Of a DNA stretch of 64,000 nt, positions 29,749 to 39,535 are shown one piece after another; the stretch's first letter is position 1, and each line of letters begins with the position of its first letter. The DNA is from Trueperaceae bacterium (GTDB lineage Bacteria > Deinococcota > Deinococci > Deinococcales > Trueperaceae). The stretch spans positions 1,920,001-1,984,000 of the forward strand of contig CBDCDZ010000004.1 of NCBI GenBank assembly GCA_965215565.1, written 5' to 3'. The position numbers and the translations under genes were made by a program. The notes under the pieces are model-generated. The model searched no databases and was not told the DNA's origin. It was given only the letters and a program-made list of their open reading frames with translations.

Positions 29749-30475
29749 GGTGCGGCGCGGCGGCGCTGTAGCGGCTTTTACCGAAGCCACCGTAGAGTTG
29801 AACGTGCGTAAAGCCCACGTGGTAGAGCATCCGCTCCAATTCAAAGCGCGTGTAGTAGCGCTGCGTGAGCGTGCTCTTCTGCCGTCTTAAAACACCTTGT
29901 TCATCCACCCAGTCGAGGTAGTAGTGCGACGTGATAAGTTGCGCGTCCGGGTCGTGATGCTGTAATAGAAAGAGGTCGCCGTGCTCGCCGCCGACAGAGG
30001 ACCATTCGGGCTCGAGCCTCATCACCCCGAATTCTCCAAAATTCTCCCCATTCGGATTGTAGAGGTCAAACGCAAAGCGCCCACCGGGTTCTAAATGCTC
30101 CTTTACCGTTTGCAAAGTTGCGTTTTGGTCCGCGAGCGTGTAGGCGTGCATCAAGGTGTTAAAAGGCGCGATGACGAGCGGGAAGCGCTGCTCTAACCTC
30201 ACTTCGCGCATGTCACCTTGACGGTACGTCACGTTTTCTTGAAGCCCCGCCTCTACAAGCCGCGCCTGACCTCTTCCGATCATCTTGCCCGAAAGCTCTA
30301 TAGCGACAACCTCATGTTCCGCCCGCGCCAACGCCGCGCTCACCCTCGCGCTGCCCGCTCCGAGTTCTAAAACAGGGCTGCCGTAGTCGTCGGCTAAGCG
30401 CGTATAAAAGGAGAGGTCGTCTCTATAGTGAGCGTACTGCAGGTCGTAAAGGTCAGCTAAGAGGTCGTAATTCAC
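29729..30475 (-). CDS. Class I SAM-dependent methyltransferase
   Basis: 'VLELGAGSAR', 'GDMR', 'HLEPGGRFAFD'. Confidence 0.9.
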   Translation of the reverse strand: MNYDLLADLYDLQYAHYRDDLSFYTRLADDYGSPVLELGAGSARVSAALARAEHEVVAIELSGKMIGRGQARLVEAGLQENVTYRQGDMREVRLEQRFPLVIAPFNTLMHAYTLADQNATLQTVKEHLEPGGRFAFDLYNPNGENFGEFGVMRLEPEWSSVGGEHGDLFLLQHHDPDAQLITSHYYLDWVDEQGVLRRQKSTLTQRYYTRFELERMLYHVGFTHVQLYGGFGKSRYSAAAPHLIGLAH

Positions 30476-30490
30476 GCTTTGCCTCGAGCG

Positions 30491-30928
30491 TTATTGCGCA
30501 AAGACAAACGCAAGTTGCGCCTCCGCCGCCACCTCTTCACCCACAAGCGCCACCGCGCTCACCTTGCAGAGCCTGCGCCGAAAGAGAAGAATCTCGCCCG
30601 CCAAGCGGAGCTGGTCGCCAGGCACGACTTTACGTTTGAACTTCGCGCCGTCGATGCCTGCGAAGTAGCCGACTTGCCCCTCCTGAAGCCCGTCGCGCAC
30701 CGCCAAGCCCACCGCCGCCGCCTGCGCCAACGCCTCGATGATCATCACACCGGGCATCACGGGCTCTTGCGGAAAGTGCCCTTGGAAAAAGGCTTCGTTG
30801 TGCGAGACGTTTTTGAGGCATTCGAACGAGTCGCCCTCTTGTGAGACAAAGGCGTCCACCATCAGAAAGGGGTAGCGGTGGGGGAGGATGGCGCGGATAT
30901 CGACTTGTTGCTGTGTTTCGGGAGTCAT
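30491..30928 (-). CDS. fabZ: 3-hydroxyacyl-ACP dehydratase
   Basis: 'LPHRYPFLMVD', 'FFQGHFP', 'MPGVMIIEALAQ'. Confidence 0.95.
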   Translation of the reverse strand: MTPETQQQVDIRAILPHRYPFLMVDAFVSQEGDSFECLKNVSHNEAFFQGHFPQEPVMPGVMIIEALAQAAAVGLAVRDGLQEGQVGYFAGIDGAKFKRKVVPGDQLRLAGEILLFRRRLCKVSAVALVGEEVAAEAQLAFVFAQ

Positions 30929-31076
30929 AGAGGCAGTTTACCTTTAGATTTCACGAAGAGGTTGGACAAAAGGAGAGTCTTGTTAAACTTGGCGGGCTCG
31001 AGTACACTCACATTACCACTGGTCTGACTTCGCCCCAATTCAGTTTGTATACGCAGTCAAGCTGCTAAGGAGACGT

Positions 31077-31547
31077 GTGTCTGATGTTCGCAGGGAAGAT
31101 TTCACTGGCAACCTTTTTACCTTTCTCGTCGAGACCTTCGAAGGTCCACCGGAGTCCGCTAGCGCTTATTTAGATCAGAAGGCAGGGCTATTTGACACCC
31201 TCGAGCACCTCTCTGCAGCCCAAGCCTCACAACCAATCGCTGAAGGCGCAATCAGCATCGCTGCCCACGTCGAGCACATACGCTTTTACTTGAATGTCGT
31301 GGAGCAATTCATGAGTGGACGAACTGAAAAGGTGAATTGGGAAGACAGTTGGTGCGTTCAGAAGGTGACACCTGAGACGTGGTCAGCGTTGAAGCAAGAC
31401 TTGAAGGCTGCCTATACAAGCGTCACTAAAACGTTCGAAAGCATAGGCAAGTGGGAAGATGATGAAGTGGGTGACAGCCTAACGATTGTCGTCCATACGG
31501 CGTACCACTTGGGCGCGATTCGTCAAGTGGTTAAGGTGATCGTCTGA
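31077..31547 (+). CDS. DinB-family protein
   Basis: 'SIAAHVEH' and 'HTAYHLGAIRQ' metal triad; RBS AAGGAG. Confidence 0.8.
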   Translation: MSDVRREDFTGNLFTFLVETFEGPPESASAYLDQKAGLFDTLEHLSAAQASQPIAEGAISIAAHVEHIRFYLNVVEQFMSGRTEKVNWEDSWCVQKVTPETWSALKQDLKAAYTSVTKTFESIGKWEDDEVGDSLTIVVHTAYHLGAIRQVVKVIV

Positions 31548-31566
31548 GCTTAAAGGAAAATACTGT

Positions 31567-33375
31567 CTAGCGCATGTCGTCCTGGTCTTCATCTGGCTCA
31601 CCGGGAAAGGGGTCGGGCTCTATAGGCGGCTCCCCCTCCACGGGCGGCTCTTCTAGCGCTTCATCTGAAGGTGCGTCCTCACCTTCAGCCCCGCCTCCTG
31701 CACCGCCAGTTTCGTCACCACTCGCTTCCCCGTCTGCGCCAACCACCTCAACCGTGAGTATTTCGCTGCCGCGCACCGGATAAGGGAGCGACAAGCGCGA
31801 GAGTTCTCGCAGTTCGTCGTCTACGTACGCCTCGACGATGAGGTCGCTCGAGGGGTCATTCTGCCGCAACACCTCTAAAAGTTCGTCAAAGGAGAGTAGC
31901 GGCTCGCCGTCGCCGGTGGCTTCGCCGGGCTCTAAACCGCCCCTTACCGTAAGGTCTAAAGGTCCTGAAAGCGACTCGGGCAGTGGGATGCGGAGCGTCT
32001 TCACCTCGGGCTCAGCGCGGTAGGGTTGCAGACGTACATAGGCGGTGAGCATCTCACCGGGCACCGCGTCGCCCTCGCCCTCGCGCACCACCTCTACAAT
32101 GTCAGCGTAGCGCTCCTCTTTCTCGTAGCTGACCGTCAAGTTGACGCGCTCGATGTTGGGCTCTTCGAAGACGTTCTGAGCGAGTATCTCCAGAGGTTGC
32201 GCCGCCAAACCTGCGCTCGCCGCCGCGATGTCGGCGGGGTCACTGATCTGCTCCAGGAGGCGCACGGTTTCGCCTCCCGCTAACCTAATCTCCCAAGCGA
32301 GGTCAGCGGTCCCCTGGCTGACCTCTTCTAAAACCTCATCGAACGCTTGCACGCTCGCCGCTGCCAAAAGAGGCGCGTAAAAACGCTCGTCACTCGTGAC
32401 CTCAAAGCGCTTTGTGACGCTGCCCGCGTCGCCATTCAAGGTGAGCGTCACCGGGATGAAGTCGGGCTGCTCGCCGACAAGGCCGCTGATCGCGTAGGGG
32501 CGGTCTTGCGTGATCGCCCCTAAAATCCGCGTGCCGTTGTCCGCTAGCTTAAAGGGCACGTCCTTACTCGGCACGATGTACGAAACGTAGGCGGGCGCGA
32601 GCGCCAGCGAGACGCCGCCCTGACCCGATAGCGGATGCCCGAACGCCCACAATTTTCCGTCCTCGATGAGCGTTACTGTGCCGACTGCGCCGATGGTGAT
32701 GTCGCCGCGCACGAGTTGCACGCTCACGGCGCTGCCCGGTTCCAAAGAATAGTTCGCGTCCTGCTCGCCCTGCTCGCCCTGCTCGCCCTGCTCGGTCCAG
32801 CTTCCGCTGCTCTGCACGGGGAGTAAAGAGGTTTGCCCGCTGGCAAAGAGGTCCTCTAAGGGTCGCGTCGCCCGTTCGGAAAGCCCCGCCATGAGGAGCG
32901 GCGTGCGCACCGGAACCGCGTCCGCCACATCCAAAGCCACATCTCCAAAAGGTTTAGGAGAATCACGCAACACCTCAGCTTGCACCCCCGGCTTGGCGCG
33001 GCGCATCGTCTCGATCGGGGTAACGAGCCCCAAGCCCACCTCACTGTTGGGAAAGGTGAAACCGATTGCGCCTAGAAGCGCGTCTTCGCCGTTAAGAGGT
33101 AAATATACAGGGCTCCCGCTCATGCCCGCTGCAATGCCGCCCGAGCGCTCGATAAAGTCGCCACTTGCGCGGATGAGCACGAGCGGAAAGCCCGTGCCCA
33201 CGTCGTATTGCAGCGCTAAAATCTCGACGGGAAAACGCTTTAAGATGTTGCCCGCCCCCGCTGTGATTGCGTAGCCTGTCTGACCGGGTTCCAAGTTTTC
33301 TAAAGGATAGTTTTGCGCGTAAACGCTGGATAATCCTGTAAAAAAAACGGTGAGGACACAGAGAAAAAACTTCAT
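31567..33375 (-). CDS. Secreted SpoIVB peptidase S55 domain protein
   Basis: Signal peptide from ATG 33375, 'GIAAGMSGSPV', 'GTVT', 'AFGHP'; acidic C-terminal tail. Confidence 0.85.
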   Translation of the reverse strand: MKFFLCVLTVFFTGLSSVYAQNYPLENLEPGQTGYAITAGAGNILKRFPVEILALQYDVGTGFPLVLIRASGDFIERSGGIAAGMSGSPVYLPLNGEDALLGAIGFTFPNSEVGLGLVTPIETMRRAKPGVQAEVLRDSPKPFGDVALDVADAVPVRTPLLMAGLSERATRPLEDLFASGQTSLLPVQSSGSWTEQGEQGEQGEQDANYSLEPGSAVSVQLVRGDITIGAVGTVTLIEDGKLWAFGHPLSGQGGVSLALAPAYVSYIVPSKDVPFKLADNGTRILGAITQDRPYAISGLVGEQPDFIPVTLTLNGDAGSVTKRFEVTSDERFYAPLLAAASVQAFDEVLEEVSQGTADLAWEIRLAGGETVRLLEQISDPADIAAASAGLAAQPLEILAQNVFEEPNIERVNLTVSYEKEERYADIVEVVREGEGDAVPGEMLTAYVRLQPYRAEPEVKTLRIPLPESLSGPLDLTVRGGLEPGEATGDGEPLLSFDELLEVLRQNDPSSDLIVEAYVDDELRELSRLSLPYPVRGSEILTVEVVGADGEASGDETGGAGGGAEGEDAPSDEALEEPPVEGEPPIEPDPFPGEPDEDQDDMR

Positions 33376-33484
33376 TACGTTCACTATAAACCGCGCACCT
33401 GAGCGTTCGCTGACCCGCTTGGACAAGGGGAGAATGAATAAGCTGTAATGAAATATTTCTTACAGAGCTAAACGTTCGGGGTCC

Positions 33485-33811
33485 TTATACGCTCTGCTTC
33501 GTATTGACCAGATGCTGCTGTCCCCAAGCGTCAATCGCGTCGATGACGTCTTGCAGGGCTAAGCCCGCCTCGGTCAAGCGGTAAGAGGTGCGCGGCGGCA
33601 TGGTGGACTGGATGCGCTTTTGGAGGACGCCCGCGTTTTCTAACCGCTCGAGCCTCTGCGTCAGCGTCGTCGGGTTACACCCGCCGATATCGCGTCCCAA
33701 TTCATTAAACCCCTTCGCCCCTTGTAAGAGCGAGCGCACGATGTGGAGCGTCCACTTCTCCTGCAAGAGGTTGATGGATTCGTAAACGGGGCAAAAGTCG
33801 TGTTCAGCCAT
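33485..33811 (-). CDS. HxlR-family transcriptional regulator
   Basis: 'CPV', 'KWTLHIV', 'LTQRLERLE', 'PPRTSYRLT'; divergent from wrbA. Confidence 0.9.
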   Translation of the reverse strand: MAEHDFCPVYESINLLQEKWTLHIVRSLLQGAKGFNELGRDIGGCNPTTLTQRLERLENAGVLQKRIQSTMPPRTSYRLTEAGLALQDVIDAIDAWGQQHLVNTKQSV

Positions 33812-33948
33812 CTCTGCTACTATCATAGCACATAAACTTTGTAAGCTAGAGTAGTTGACAATCTATAGTACTCTATATTATGGTAAATGAGTTAGACGAA
33901 CGTACGGAGTTTCATTCAGCAAATCCCACTCTTTCAGGAGGTAGCCCT

Positions 33949-34626
33949 ATGCCGACGAACGTCCTTATCCCCTTCTACAGCACTTTTGGTCACACCTATA
34001 AAATGGCGCAAGCCGTTTACGAAGGCGCAAACAGCGTTTCAGATACTGAAGTTAAGCTTGCGCGTATTCCCGAGTCGGAGCCAGCTCGTCAAGCGATGTC
34101 CGGGATGGACGCCTACAATCAGGCGCAAGAGGCGATGTCCGAGCACCCCGAAGTCACGCACGATGACTTGCGCTGGGCTGACGGCATCATCTGGGGCACG
34201 CCCACGCGCTACGGCAACATGTCCGCGCAGATGAAGGGATTCATCGACACGACAGGCTCCTTGTGGCAAAACGGTGAACTAGAGGACAAGGCGACAGGTA
34301 TTTTCGTCAGCACCGCGACGATTCATGGTGGACAAGAGACGACAATCATCACCAGCTTGGTGCCCTTTTTGCACCTCGGCATGGTCTTCGTTGGCACGCC
34401 TTACGGTCAGAACCCGCAGATGATGACTACTGAAGGCGTGGGCGGCACACCTTACGGTCCGACCACACTCGCGGGCGGCGACGGCTCGCGCCAGCCCACC
34501 GACGACGAGCTGACGGGCGCACGCAACTTAGGCAGCCGCGTCGCGAAGGTGGCCGCCGCGATGAAGCAGGTGCGAGCTGCCGATCAGCAGGGGCAGCAGG
34601 AGCAAGCCGAAACCTACAGCGGTTAA
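33949..34626 (+). CDS. wrbA: NAD(P)H:quinone oxidoreductase, type IV
   Basis: 'YSTFGHT', 'GTPTRYGNM', 'HGGQETT', 'GGTPYG'; RBS AGGAGG; TTGACA at 33855. Confidence 0.92.
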   Translation: MPTNVLIPFYSTFGHTYKMAQAVYEGANSVSDTEVKLARIPESEPARQAMSGMDAYNQAQEAMSEHPEVTHDDLRWADGIIWGTPTRYGNMSAQMKGFIDTTGSLWQNGELEDKATGIFVSTATIHGGQETTIITSLVPFLHLGMVFVGTPYGQNPQMMTTEGVGGTPYGPTTLAGGDGSRQPTDDELTGARNLGSRVAKVAAAMKQVRAADQQGQQEQAETYSG

Positions 34627-34641
34627 ACTAAACCTGCACTG

Positions 34642-34677
34642 AAAAGAGGTTGGCGCTTAGGTGCTGACCTCTTTTTT
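34642..34677 (+). terminator. wrbA terminator
   Basis: AAAAGAGGTTGGCGC-ttag-GTGCTGACCTCTTTTTT. Confidence 0.75.
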
Positions 34678-34706
34678 GTCGCGCTGTCTCTTCGTAAAAT
34701 AAAGCC

Positions 34707-35069
34707 GTGTCCGTTACCGAACCCCCTTTCAGCCCGCAACTCTTTCTCCTCGTCGTCCTCTTCTTCCTGGCGATTGCGGTAGGCGCGTTGCAACTCGCCG
34801 CCGTCATCCTCCGCGCGCCGCACCGCAGCTTCGCGCGGGCGCTCGTCGGGGCGACAGTAGGCGCGATTTTCTATGCCTTCGGCTCGCTGCTCGCGCTCTT
34901 CGGTCTCAGCGTCGCCTTCGTCTGCGTGTCAATGGCGTACGCCTCGATTTTGGGGACGGCGCTGCCTAAAGGTCTGGCTGCGGCGGCGCTACAGCTTCTT
35001 TTTGTAGGTGCGTTGGGGGCGATTTTTCGGTTTTTGGGGTTGTTTCAGCTTTTGCAGGATGCGGCGTGA
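34707..35069 (+). CDS. Hypothetical membrane protein
   Basis: Hydrophobic 120 aa; TAAAAT 6 nt before GTG. Confidence 0.65.
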   Translation: MSVTEPPFSPQLFLLVVLFFLAIAVGALQLAAVILRAPHRSFARALVGATVGAIFYAFGSLLALFGLSVAFVCVSMAYASILGTALPKGLAAAALQLLFVGALGAIFRFLGLFQLLQDAA

Positions 35070-35091
35070 GGTTGGAAGAGGTCTAGTTCGC

Positions 35092-35387
35092 TAGTAAAAG
35101 AGACGATTTCTAGTGAGATTGTGTCACGCAGCTTAACGGAACCTCATCCCCAGATGTAGTTGCTGAAAGATGCTTTATCCACTGAGAGCGTTTTTAGTCA
35201 GATGAAGTCCAGCTAGCCTGTCGGCTTGAGTGCGCGAAGCCTTCCCTTAGGGAAACTTTGTAACCGAAGGAATTTGCTATAGCGTAATATTTACAGAGAT
35301 TGTGTCACGCAGTTATCATCTCTGAACGTGATTGCTCAGATGACGCTTTATCCACTCAGAGCGTTTATGACCAGATGCTACCTGCTA
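35092..35387 (-). mobile_element. Two adjacent family A MITE copies (about 35092-35215 and 35280-35387)
   Basis: Both carry GAGATTGTGTCACGCAG...GCTTTATCCACT...CAGATG...GCTAG. Confidence 0.7.
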
Positions 35388-35516
35388 GTAATTCTGCGTG
35401 GGTAGGCTAGCCACACCTACAGCTACCGAACGCATCGGTCTAAAGTGTCACTCTCCGAAGAGCCACGCAGTACATGAGTTTAGAATGTGCGGCTAAGTTT
35501 GTCATGAGAGTGTCAG

Positions 35517-36329
35517 CTACATCAGGTGCTGTCCGTTCACATTCAACCCAAAGGTACATCCCAAAAACTCCGAAGCAGTGCGGCACATCACCATGCGGGC
35601 TAACGAGATTTCGAAGTAGTCCATGACCGAAGCGATGTCGGTATCTATCTCCAACTCCAACGTGATGCAACGTTCGTCTGGCTCCACATGCAAGAATGAG
35701 TGCGTCACAGCGTAGTTGACCCTATCGTGGATGTCGAAGTCTAGATTTAGGTTCGGGTCTTGGACCCTCGAGCGGTGCACATCCGCCTTATCCGCCAAGA
35801 TGAGCGCCGCCGCCACCGGGCTCGTCGCGTGACCTCTCGCCTCTTCGTGGTTGCCGATGGCTCCCATAATCAGCGCGACTTCGCCCATGTTCATGTTTAG
35901 CTCGAGCAAAATATCCTTCGCCATGAGCGCCCCGATCTGCCCGTGCGCACTGCGGTTCACGACGTTGCCGATGTCGTTTAAAAGCCCCGCGATGGCGGCG
36001 AGTTCGACGTGCCTTGAGGGAAACTCGAGGCGCTCGAGTACGTTACTGGCGATGCTGCTCACCAAATTGACATGCCGTTCGCCGTGCTCGGTGAAGCCGA
36101 GGAGTTTGAGGTGGCGGTTGGCGGCGTGAATATAGTGCTGCACATGCGGATGTTCGCGCACCTGGTCTAAAGTAACGCGGTCTTCGGCAAGAGGTTCGTC
36201 CTCTGCCGTGAAGGCTTCTTGTCGTTCCGCCTCTTGGGGGGGTGGCTCGAGCGTGTCCTTCGCGCTTTTAAGCGACTGGACGATAGCTTCATCCGCTTTA
36301 GCTTTAATTTATGTTGAGGACTCTTCCAT
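35517..36329 (-). pseudogene. HD-domain phosphohydrolase, probably inactivated
   Basis: ATG 36329 with an in-frame TAA at codon 7 (36309-36311). 'GFTEHGERH' and 'LILADKAD' are intact but the HD motif reads LLNDIGN. Confidence 0.7.
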
Positions 36330-36521
36330 AGGCTAGCTTATGGGGCGATTGTCAGAGCTGTTGCAGCCTTTCCAGTAAGGGCGTTAGGTCCACGATGTTG
36401 TACACTGCGTCAGTGCGTGACCCCCTGACGAAACCTACTGCGTCTATCCGATATCGGTTGACTTTTCTTTGCCAAAGTCGACACACGACGCTGAGCAACA
36501 CCCTTGGTTGGGTCAACGTTC

Positions 36522-38522
36522 ATGTTTAAGCTCGGCCCGTATAGCTGGTACGTCGACGAATCGGCCGAGGTTAGCGGCGCTAGGGTCGCTGAGCTGACGG
36601 GCGAGCTGCTTGTGACTCTACGGGCGCAGCTCTTGCAAGCAGACTTTAGCGCCGCGCAAAAGGCAGGCTTGCTCTACGACTGGACCGAGCCGAGCGACGA
36701 AGGCGCGGGAGGGGTCGAACTGCGCTTCGGCGCATTAGGCGTGTTGCACGATCCGACTGCGCCGAGGGGCCTATTCACTATCAAGGATGGTGAAGAGCCG
36801 CACATACACAAATACTGCGACGTGCAGGGCATTGACAACAGCTTGCGCTTTAACGGCACGGTGGAATTCAGCGGCGATGAGGTTCGTTTTACGGGCAGCA
36901 TGTACGCCAGCTACAAGAAACAGCCTAGGTTTGAGTTGATGGCGACGGTGCCCGTAGACGCGGACAGTTTGGTGCTCGAGCACTACCGCTACACCAGCCT
37001 CGAGGAGGTCGCTGACGCGCCGCCTGAGCGCGTGCGCAAGCTGGACACCGAGCGCGTCGACATTCCCGAGTTGCCCGACTGGGTGCGGCAGTTTACCGGG
37101 CTAGAGTATCTGCGCCTGGCCTACCGCCACCTGAATTCATACGGCAACTTGCGCGCGTTACCCGATTGGATAGGTGAACTGCGCGAGCTACGTGGGCTGC
37201 TCGTTCAGGGTTGCAAGCTGCGCCATCTACCCGAAAGTGTCGGCGCGTTGGAGAACCTCGAGAACGTCGCCATAAGTGCGTGCCAGCTCACCGACACCCC
37301 TGCCGGGTTGTGGCGGCTTCCCAAGCTCAAATACCTCACGCTCTCGCAAAATCAGCTCACCGCGTTACCAAAAGACATCGACCTCCCCGCCTTGGAGACG
37401 TTGCAGTTAGCACACAACAAGCTCCAAACTTTACCTGCGGCTCTGCTACAGGGCTGCCCACAACTCGTGCGCCTCAACCTCAACAACAACCCCCTCGAAA
37501 CCCTTCCCGCAGGGATTGAGCGCATAGAGCACCTCGAGATGGACCTAGCCATTCGGCAGCGGCTCGCGCCCAAACCTGTCGCGAGCGGCGGCGGTGACTA
37601 CGACCCGGCGCGCTACGGAGTAGATGACCCCGCACGTGATGCGATGCTCGAGCGGCTGCTCAGCGACTCAGAAGCTGATCCCGCGATTCAGACCTTTGTA
37701 CGTCTCACGGCGCAAGCGGCGGTGGGTTTTCACCAGGCGGGTACACCTACAGATTACTCGAGCCTGGGCGTTCACCGCTTCGGCGGCTTACCCGACCTGC
37801 CTACGGGCGAGGCGTATCCGCGCTTCAAAGCGTCGTGGACACAAGAGGAGCAACCCACAGGCGGATACGCCTACGAATTTATCGCGCAACTCGACTGCGC
37901 GGCGCTCGCGCCGTTGCAGCAGTACTTGCCGCGCACGGGCTATCTCTACTTCTTCCTCTCGACCTTTCACGACCTCTATAACAAGGCTGAGGGGTACCGA
38001 CCAGGAATCGTTCTCTACCGCGACGTTGAGCTTACCGAGTTGCGTAGCGGTACGCGCTTCGAGCTGACGGACGAAGATTTCTTCGAAGCCTATTCGTCTA
38101 CCGGCGAGGGATACGCTTATACAGGTTACGACGCCGAGGCTGAAGCGACCCTAGGACTGCCCCCTTTCTACCCGCTCAGTCTCAACACGTACCTCTTCCG
38201 AGAAGCCCTGCAAGCTGCGGGGCTGACGGACGATAACTTAGATGATGACGCGCTTGATGATATGGACATCCACTTGGAGGATGTCGGCTCGAGCTTCGAT
38301 CACCTTATAGGCGACTACGGCTTCTCACAGCACGAACTGCCTCAAACGGAGGCGGCGCTCGCGCAGGGCGGCGACCCGGCGGATTACCTGGTCTTATTGA
38401 CTGTCAAGAGTCGAGGCGATATGCAGTGGAGTGATGCGGGCGACCTGTATTACGTCATCCACAAGGGCGACCTAGCGCGTAGCGACTTCTCCCAGGTGTT
38501 TGTATGCATGTACAGCAGTTAA
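36522..38522 (+). CDS. Leucine-rich-repeat protein with a C-terminal YwqG/DUF1963 domain
   Basis: About 7 LxxLxLxxNxLxxLP repeats; 'RFGGLPDLP', 'FIAQLD', 'GYLYFF', 'WSDAGDLYYVI'. Confidence 0.85.
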   Translation: MFKLGPYSWYVDESAEVSGARVAELTGELLVTLRAQLLQADFSAAQKAGLLYDWTEPSDEGAGGVELRFGALGVLHDPTAPRGLFTIKDGEEPHIHKYCDVQGIDNSLRFNGTVEFSGDEVRFTGSMYASYKKQPRFELMATVPVDADSLVLEHYRYTSLEEVADAPPERVRKLDTERVDIPELPDWVRQFTGLEYLRLAYRHLNSYGNLRALPDWIGELRELRGLLVQGCKLRHLPESVGALENLENVAISACQLTDTPAGLWRLPKLKYLTLSQNQLTALPKDIDLPALETLQLAHNKLQTLPAALLQGCPQLVRLNLNNNPLETLPAGIERIEHLEMDLAIRQRLAPKPVASGGGDYDPARYGVDDPARDAMLERLLSDSEADPAIQTFVRLTAQAAVGFHQAGTPTDYSSLGVHRFGGLPDLPTGEAYPRFKASWTQEEQPTGGYAYEFIAQLDCAALAPLQQYLPRTGYLYFFLSTFHDLYNKAEGYRPGIVLYRDVELTELRSGTRFELTDEDFFEAYSSTGEGYAYTGYDAEAEATLGLPPFYPLSLNTYLFREALQAAGLTDDNLDDDALDDMDIHLEDVGSSFDHLIGDYGFSQHELPQTEAALAQGGDPADYLVLLTVKSRGDMQWSDAGDLYYVIHKGDLARSDFSQVFVCMYSS

Positions 38523-38531
38523 GGCGTGCGT

Positions 38532-39089
38532 TTAGAGGGGTGGGGGCTCGAGTCCAAACCCCGGCAGTGAAAGCACAACCTCATCAGGCATCTTCAACCT
38601 TTGCCAAAACGAAAACACATCCACCTCGTTATAGTGCGCCACGAAGAGCGACATCACCGAGGCGTGCGTGACGATAGCGAGAGGCTTATTTGGATAATCC
38701 TCCAGCACCTCTCTAACCGCTTTGTCAAACCGCTGACGCGCTTGCGTTCCTGTTTCGTTGCCAAGAATGAGGTCATCCGGGTGAGTGAAGAAGGACTCGA
38801 GCCGCTCCAACCACACCTCTTGTTCTAAATAAGGAACGCCCGTCCGCTCATGTTCGTACAGGTTTGGCGCGATGCTCCAGGGGACGCCGAGGTGTCCAGC
38901 CAGAACACGTCCTGTCTCTTTTGCCTTGAATTCTTCGCTAGTGATGATGCGGCTGAGATTACGTTCTCTCAACCTCTCCGCTAAATCTTCGCAAGCTGCG
39001 TAAGCGCGTTCGGTTAGATGCCACTGACTCGGGGAAATACTCGGGTCTTGCCGCGTCTCTGCGTGGCGAATGAGGAAGAGGTTGGTCAC
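38532..39089 (-). CDS. Histidine phosphatase (dPGM-like) family protein
   Basis: 'LIRHAET', 'LYEH', 'IVTH'. Confidence 0.88.
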   Translation of the reverse strand: MTNLFLIRHAETRQDPSISPSQWHLTERAYAACEDLAERLRERNLSRIITSEEFKAKETGRVLAGHLGVPWSIAPNLYEHERTGVPYLEQEVWLERLESFFTHPDDLILGNETGTQARQRFDKAVREVLEDYPNKPLAIVTHASVMSLFVAHYNEVDVFSFWQRLKMPDEVVLSLPGFGLEPPPL

Positions 39090-39526
39090 TTCTTTTTTAC
39101 CTCGTCGAGAAGTTGCACGATACTTTCTCGCACCCTCCTCACTTCTTCAACAGTGTGAGAGTCTGTGTGATAGTCGAAGAGGTCATTAACGGTAAGCAGG
39201 GTGAGCAACCTCTCCATACTGAGTAAGTCTTTATAGGTGAATGCTACGGTAAAAGAACCTTCATGCCAACCTAAGCCACGCTGCCACTTCTTTCCTTGGG
39301 ACCTCGCCTCTTTTCGTTTCGCGGCGCGTTCTTTACCTTCAGGGTCAAGCAGCGCTTTAAGGATTTTAGCCCCGCGACTACCCGAAAAGACCTCTTTTTT
39401 CTCTTCAGCAGAAATGCCATTGATGAACGGCATCGTGGCGTAAGACAAAGATGTTTTGAGGTAAAACCGCTCTGAATACTCGAGTTGGACAACAACGTGC
39501 TCATCTGTTTGTTCAAGCAGCTTCAT
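39086..39526 (-). CDS. Hypothetical protein, lower GC, embedded in the serA operon
   Basis: 146 aa; GTGA-coupled to the downstream phosphatase. Confidence 0.65.
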   Translation of the reverse strand: MKLLEQTDEHVVVQLEYSERFYLKTSLSYATMPFINGISAEEKKEVFSGSRGAKILKALLDPEGKERAAKRKEARSQGKKWQRGLGWHEGSFTVAFTYKDLLSMERLLTLLTVNDLFDYHTDSHTVEEVRRVRESIVQLLDEVKKK

Positions 39527-39535
39527 CAATTACAA

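Noticed and set aside
36420..36445. Hammerhead-like CTGACGA-AAC
   Set aside because: There is no stem II between the core motifs and no flanking helices.
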